Below are positions 58,401 to 64,000 of a stretch of 64,000 nt of DNA, in pieces. Within the stretch, counting starts at the first letter, position 1. Every line of letters starts with the position of its first letter. The notes under the pieces were generated by a model, which was not told the origin of the DNA, searched no databases, and saw nothing but the letters and a program-made list of their open reading frames with translations. The stretch comes from Eledone cirrhosa (lineage: Eukaryota), in the NCBI GenBank assembly GCA_964016885.1, contig OZ024744.1:124062001-124126000 (forward strand), read 5' to 3'. A program made the translations under genes and the position numbers.

Positions 58401-59829
58401 ATAGTCTGTAATAACTTGTCCATCCTATGACAGGTATGACAATAGTCTGTAATAACTTGTCCAACCCATGACAGGTAGGACAATAGTCTGTAATAACTTG
58501 TCCAACCCATGACAGGTAGGACAATAGTCTGTAATAACTTGTCCAACCCATGACAGGTAGGGCAATAGTCTGTAATAACTTGTCCAACCCATGTATGTAG
58601 GACAATAGTCTGTAATAACTTGTCCAACCCATGTATGCAGGACAATAGTCTGTAATAACTTGTCCAACCCATGACAGGTAGGACAATAGTCTGTAATAAC
58701 TTGTCCATCCTATGACAGGTATGACAATAGTCTGTAATAACTTGTCCAACCCATGACAGCTAGGACAATAGTCTGTAATAACTTGTCCAACCCATGACAG
58801 GTAGGACAATAGTCTGTAATAACTTGTCCAACCCATGACAGGTAGGACAATAGTCTGTAATAACTTGTCCAACCCATGACAGGTAGGACAATAGTCTGTA
58901 ATAACTTGTCCAACCCATGACAGGTAGGGCAATAGTCTGTAATAACTTGTCCAACCCATGTATGTAGGACAATAGTCTGTAATAACTTGTCCAACCCATG
59001 ACAGGTAGGGCAATAGTCTGTAATAACTTGTCCAACCCATGTATGCAGGACAATAGTCTGTAATAACTTGTCCAACCCATGACAGGTAAGACAATACTCT
59101 GTAATAACTTGTCCAACCCATGTATGTAGGTCAATAGTCTGTAATAACTTGTCCAACCCATGACAGGTAGGACAATAGTCTGTAATAACTTGTCCAACCC
59201 ATGACAGGTAGGGCAATAGTCTGTAATAACTTGTCCAACCCATGACAGGTAGGACAATAGTCTGTAATAACTTGTCCAACCCATGTATGTAGGACAATAG
59301 TCTGTAATAACTTGTCCAACCCATGACAGGTAGGACAATAGTCTGTAATAACTTGTCCAACCCATGACAGGTAGGGCAATAGTCTGTAATAACTTGTCCA
59401 ACCCATGTATGTAGGACAATAGTCTGTAATAACTTGTCCAACCCATGACAGGTAGGGCAATAGTCTGTAATAACTTGTCCAACCCATGACAGGTAGGACA
59501 ATAGTCTAATAACTTGTCCAACCCATGACAGGTAGGGCAATATTCTGTAATAACTTGTCCAACCCATGTATGTAAGACCTTAGGCTGTAATAACTTGTCC
59601 AACCCATGACAGGTAGGACAATAGTCTGTAATACCCTGTCCAACCAATGACAGGTAGGACAATAGTCTGTAATAACTTGTCCAACCCATGTATGTAGGAC
59701 AATAGTCTTTAATAACTTGTCCAACCCATGTATGTAGGACAATAATCTGTAATAACTTGCCCAACCCATGACAGGTAGGACAATAGTGTGTAATAACTTG
59801 TCCAACCCATGACAGGTAGGACAATAGTC
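55432..59829. repeat. 2192-bp tandem duplication (about 55432-57623 and 57624-59815)
   Basis: ORF starts from 55477 to 57517 recur at +2192. Private variants are cttccccaa (about 55736/57928) and taagaccttaggctg (57381/59573). Confidence 0.92.
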
Positions 59830-62800
59830 GGTAATAACTTGTCCAACCCATGTATGTAGGACAATAGTCGGTAATAACTTGTACAACCCATGATAGGTAG
59901 GACAATAGTCTGTAATAACTGGTCCAACCCATGACAGGTAGGACAATAGTCTGTAATAACTTGTCCAACCCATGTATGTAAGACAATAGTCTGTAATAAC
60001 TTGTCCAACCCAATTCAGGTAGGACAATAGTCTAATAACTTGTCCAACTCCTGACAGGTAGGACAATAGTCTGTAATAACTTGTCCAACCCATGTATTTA
60101 GGACAATAGTCTGTAATAACTTGTCCAACCCATGACAGGTAAGACAATATTCTGTAATAACTTGTCCATCCCATGACAGGTAGGACAATAGTCTGTAATA
60201 ACTTGTCCAACCCATGACAGCTAGGACAATAGTCTGTAATAACTTGTCCAACCCATGACAGGTAGGACAATAATCTGTAATAACTTGTCCATCCCATGAC
60301 ATGTAGGACAATAGTCTGCAATAACATGTCCAACCCATGACAGGTAGGACAATAGTCTGTAATAACTTGTCGAACCCATGTATGTAGGACAATAGTCTGT
60401 AATAAATTGTCCAACCCATGACAGGTAGGACAATAGTCTGTAATAACTTGTCCAACCCATGTATGTAGGACAATAGTCTGTAATAACTTGTCCAACCCAT
60501 GTATGTAGGACAATAGTCTGTAATAATAATTTGTCCAACCCATGTATGTAGGACAATAGTCTGTAATAACTTGTCCAACCCATGAAAGGTAGGTCAATAG
60601 TCTGTAATAACTTGTCCAACCCATGTATGTAGGACAATAGTCTGTAATAACTTGTCCAACCCATGACATGTAGGACAATAGTCTGTAATAACTTGTCCAA
60701 CCCATGACAGGTAGGACAATAGTCTGTAATACCTTGTCCAACCAATGACAGGTAGGAGAATAGTCTGTAATAACTTGTCCAACCCATAACAGGTAGGACA
60801 ATAGTCTGTAATACCTTGTCCAACCCATGACAGGTAGGACAATAGTCTGTAATAACTTGTCCAACCCATGTATGTAGGACAATAGTCTGTAATAACTTGT
60901 CCAACCCATGTATGAAGGACAATAGTCTGTAATAACTTGTCCAAACCATGACAGGTAGGACAATAGTCTGTAATACCTTGTCCAACCAATGACAGGTAGG
61001 AGAATAGTCTGTAATAACTTGTCCAACCCATGACAGGTAGGACAATAGTCTGTAATAACTTGTCCAACCCATGACAGGTAGGACAATAGTCTGTAATAAC
61101 TTGTCCAACCCATGACAGGTAGGGCAATAGTCTGTAATAACTTGTCCAACCCATGTATGTAGGACAATAGTCTGTAATAACTTGTCCAACCCATGACAGG
61201 TAGGGCAATAGTCTGTAATAACTTGTCCAACCCATGTATGCAGGACAATAGTCTGTAATAACTTGTCCAACCCATGACAGGTAAGACAATACTCTGTAAT
61301 AACTTGTCCAACCCATGTATGTAGGTCAATAGTCTGTAATAACTTGTCCAACCCATGACAGGTAGGACAATAGTCTGTAATAACTTGTCCAACCCATGAC
61401 AGGTAGGGCAATAGTCTGTAATAACTTGTCCAACCCATGACAGGTAGGACAATAGTCTGTAATAACTTGTCCAACCCATGTATGTAGGACAATAGTCTGT
61501 AATAACTTGTCCAACCCATGACAGGTAGGACAATAGTCTGTAATAACTTGTCCAACCCATGACAGGTAGGGCAATAGTCTGTAATAACTTGTCCAACCCA
61601 TGTATGTAGGACAATAGTCTGTAATAACTTGTCCAACCCATGACAGGTAGGGCAATAGTCTGTAATAACTTGTCCAACCCATGACAGGTAGGACAATAGT
61701 CTAATAACTTGTCCAACCCATGACAGGTAGGGCAATATTCTGTAATAACTTGTCCAACCCATGTATGTAAGACCTTAGGCTGTAATAACTTGTCCAACCC
61801 ATGACAGGTAGGACAATAGTCTGTAATACCCTGTCCAACCAATGACAGGTAGGACAATAGTCTGTAATAACTTGTCCAACCCATGTATGTAGGACAATAG
61901 TCTTTAATAACTTGTCCAACCCATGTATGTAGGACAATAATCTGTAATAACTTGCCCAACCCATGACAGGTAGGACAATAGTGTGTAATAACTTGTCCAA
62001 CCCATGACAGGTAGGACAATAGTCGGTAATAACTTGTCCAACCCATGTATGTAGGACAATAGTCGGTAATAACTTGTACAACCCATGATAGGTAGGACAA
62101 TAGTCTGTAATAACTGGTCCAACCCATGACTGGTAGGACAATAGTCTGTAATAACTTGTCCAACCCATGTATGTAAGACAATAGTCTGTAATAACTTGTC
62201 CAACCCAATTCAGGTAGGACAATAGTCTAATAACTTGTCCAACTCCTGACAGGTAGGACAATAGTCTGTAATAACTTGTCCAACCCATGTATTTAGGACA
62301 ATAGTCTGTAATAACTTGTCCAACCCATGACAGGTAAGACAATATTCTGTAATAACTTGTCCATCCCATGACAGGTAGGACAATAGTCTGTAATAACTTG
62401 TCCAACCCATGACAGCTAGGACAATAGTCTGTAATAACTTGTCCAACCCATGACAGGTAGGACAATAATCTGTAATAACTTGTCCATCCCATGACATGTA
62501 GGACAATAGTCTGCAATAACATGTCCAACCCATGACAGGTAGGACAATAGTCTGTAATAACTTGTCGAACCCATGTATGTAGGACAATAGTCTGTAATAA
62601 ATTGTCCAACCCATGACAGGTAGGACAATAGTCTGTAATAACTTGTCCAACCCATGTATGTAGGACAATAGTCTGTAATAACTTGTCCAACCCATGTATG
62701 TAGGACAATAGTCTGTAATAATAATTTGTCCAACCCATGTATGTAGGACAATAGTCTGTAATAACTTGTCCAACCCATGAAAGGTAGGTCAATAGTCTGT

Positions 62801-63167
62801 AATAACTTGTCCAACCCATGTATGTAGGACAATAGTCTGTAATAACTTGTCCAACCCATGACATGTAGGACAATAGTCTGTAATAACTTGTCCAACCCAT
62901 GACAGGTAGGACAATAGTCTGTAATACCTTGTCCAACCAATGACAGGTAGGAGAATAGTCTGTAATAACTTGTCCAACCCATAACAGGTAGGACAATAGT
63001 CTGTAATACCTTGTCCAACCCATGACAGGTAGGACAATAGTCTGTAATAACTTGTCCAACCCATGTATGTAGGACAATAGTCTGTAATAACTTGTCCAAC
63101 CCATGTATGAAGGACAATAGTCTGTAATAACTTGTCCAAACCATGACAGGTAGGACAATAGTCTGTA
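58808..63167. repeat. 2195-bp-offset tandem duplication (about 58808-60972 and 61003-63167), overlapping the 2192-bp duplication
   Basis: ORF starts 59131/59506/59709/60015/60221/60594 recur at +2195. Private variants are caattcagg, caactcctg, gtatttagg and gtatgaagg. Confidence 0.92.
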
Positions 63168-64000
63168 GTAATTTGTCCAACCCATGACAGGTAGGACAAT
63201 AGTCTCTAATAACTTGTCCAACCCATGTATGTAGGACAATAGTCTGTAATAACTTGTCCAACCCATGACAGGTAGGACATTAGTGTGTAATAACTTGTCC
63301 AACCCATTACAGGCAGGACAATAGTCTGTAATAACTTGTCCAACCCATGACAGGTAGGACGATAGTCTGTAATAACTTGTCCAACCCATGTATGTAGGTC
63401 AATAGCCTGTAATAACTTGTCCAACCCATGACAGGTAGGACAATAGTCTGTAATAACTTGTCCAACCCATGACAAGTAGGACAATAGTCTGTAATAACTT
63501 GTCCAACCAATGTATGTAGGACAATAGTCTGTAATAACTTGTCCAACCCATGTATGTAGGACAATAGTCTGTAATAACTTGTCCAACCCATGTATGTACG
63601 ACAATAGTCTGTAATAACTTGCCTAACCCATGTATGTAGGACAATACTCTGTAATAACTTGTCCAACCCATGTATGTAGGACAATAGTCTATAATAACTT
63701 GTCCAACACATGTATGTAGGACAATAGTCTGTAATAACTTGTCCAACCCATGACAGGTAGGACAATAGTCTGTAATACCTCGTCCAACCCATGACAGGTA
63801 GGACAATAGTCTGTAATAACTTGTCCAAGCCATGACAGGTAGGACAATAGTCTGTAATAACTTGTCCAACCCATGTATATAGGACAATAGTCTGTAATAA
63901 CTTGTCCAACCCATGACAGGTAGGACAATAGTCTGTAATAACTTGTCCAACCCATGTATGTAGGACAATAGTCTGTAATAACTTGTCCAACCCATGACAG

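Larger units (their letters stand above)
1..64000. repeat. Tandem satellite array of 40/41-bp monomers (A: GACAGGTAGGACAATAGTCTGTAATAACTTGTCCAACCCAT; B: GTATGTAGGACAATAGTCTGTAATAACTTGTCCAACCCAT), about 1,570 copies, open at both window ends
   Basis: The core GTAGGACAATAGTCTGTAATAACTTGTCCAACCCATG recurs head-to-tail every 40-41 bp from base 1 to base 64000 in one orientation. Most monomers carry 0-3 substitutions, and I found no non-repeat insert. Confidence 0.99.

Noticed and set aside
75-63995. The many minus-strand ORFs as real protein-coding genes
   Set aside because: They overlap in all three frames, consist only of the monomer's three-frame translation, start and stop at repeat variants, and derive from a period that is not a multiple of 3.
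1-64000. CRISPR array (37-bp partly palindromic constant unit)
   Set aside because: The constant units are separated by only 3-4 nt drawn from a few alleles. There are no unique spacers, no leader and no cas genes.
1-64000. Telomeric repeat or G-quadruplex array (GGGTTGG on the minus strand)
   Set aside because: There is only one GGG run per 40-41 bp and no short telomere-type period.
1-64000. Transposon insertion, inversion or unique island within the array
   Set aside because: I read through the whole window and found only same-orientation monomers. No plus-strand ORFs appear in the track, and an inverted block would have produced them.
1-64000. Integron attC, REP/BIME or iteron arrays
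   Set aside because: There are no cassettes, integrase, rep gene or intervening genes, and 64 kb of pure repeat is far beyond the scale of those elements.
1-64000. Assignment to a named satellite family, organism or functional centromere
   Set aside because: I do not recognise the monomer. This would need BLASTN or Dfam searches and CENH3/CENP-A data, which are not available here.

Overview
All 64,000 bp are one uninterrupted, single-orientation tandem satellite array of roughly 1,570 monomers at about 41% GC. Two main monomer types are interleaved: A (41 bp, GACAGGTAGGACAATAGTCTGTAATAACTTGTCCAACCCAT) and B (40 bp, GTATGTAGGACAATAGTCTGTAATAACTTGTCCAACCCAT). They share a 37-bp core with an imperfect inverted repeat and differ only in a 4-nt (ACAG) versus 3-nt (TAT) slot. 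I see no unique sequence, gene, RNA gene, transposon or inversion. Every listed ORF is on the minus strand and arises because that strand of both consensus monomers has no stop triplet. The ORFs repeat a CxxCH motif (CPTCH), but I judge them most likely non-coding. Most of the real information is in the higher-order structure: nested, in-register kb-scale duplications (offsets 8503, 3338, 4313, 2438, 1750, 2527/2404, 1914/1874, 2192 and 2195 bp), a recurring ~1-kb ordered variant module, and rare variants shared by the two ends of the window but absent from the middle. The array looks like eukaryotic heterochromatic or centromeric-type satellite, but I cannot identify the organism or family. 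Boundaries were read by eye and are accurate to about one monomer.
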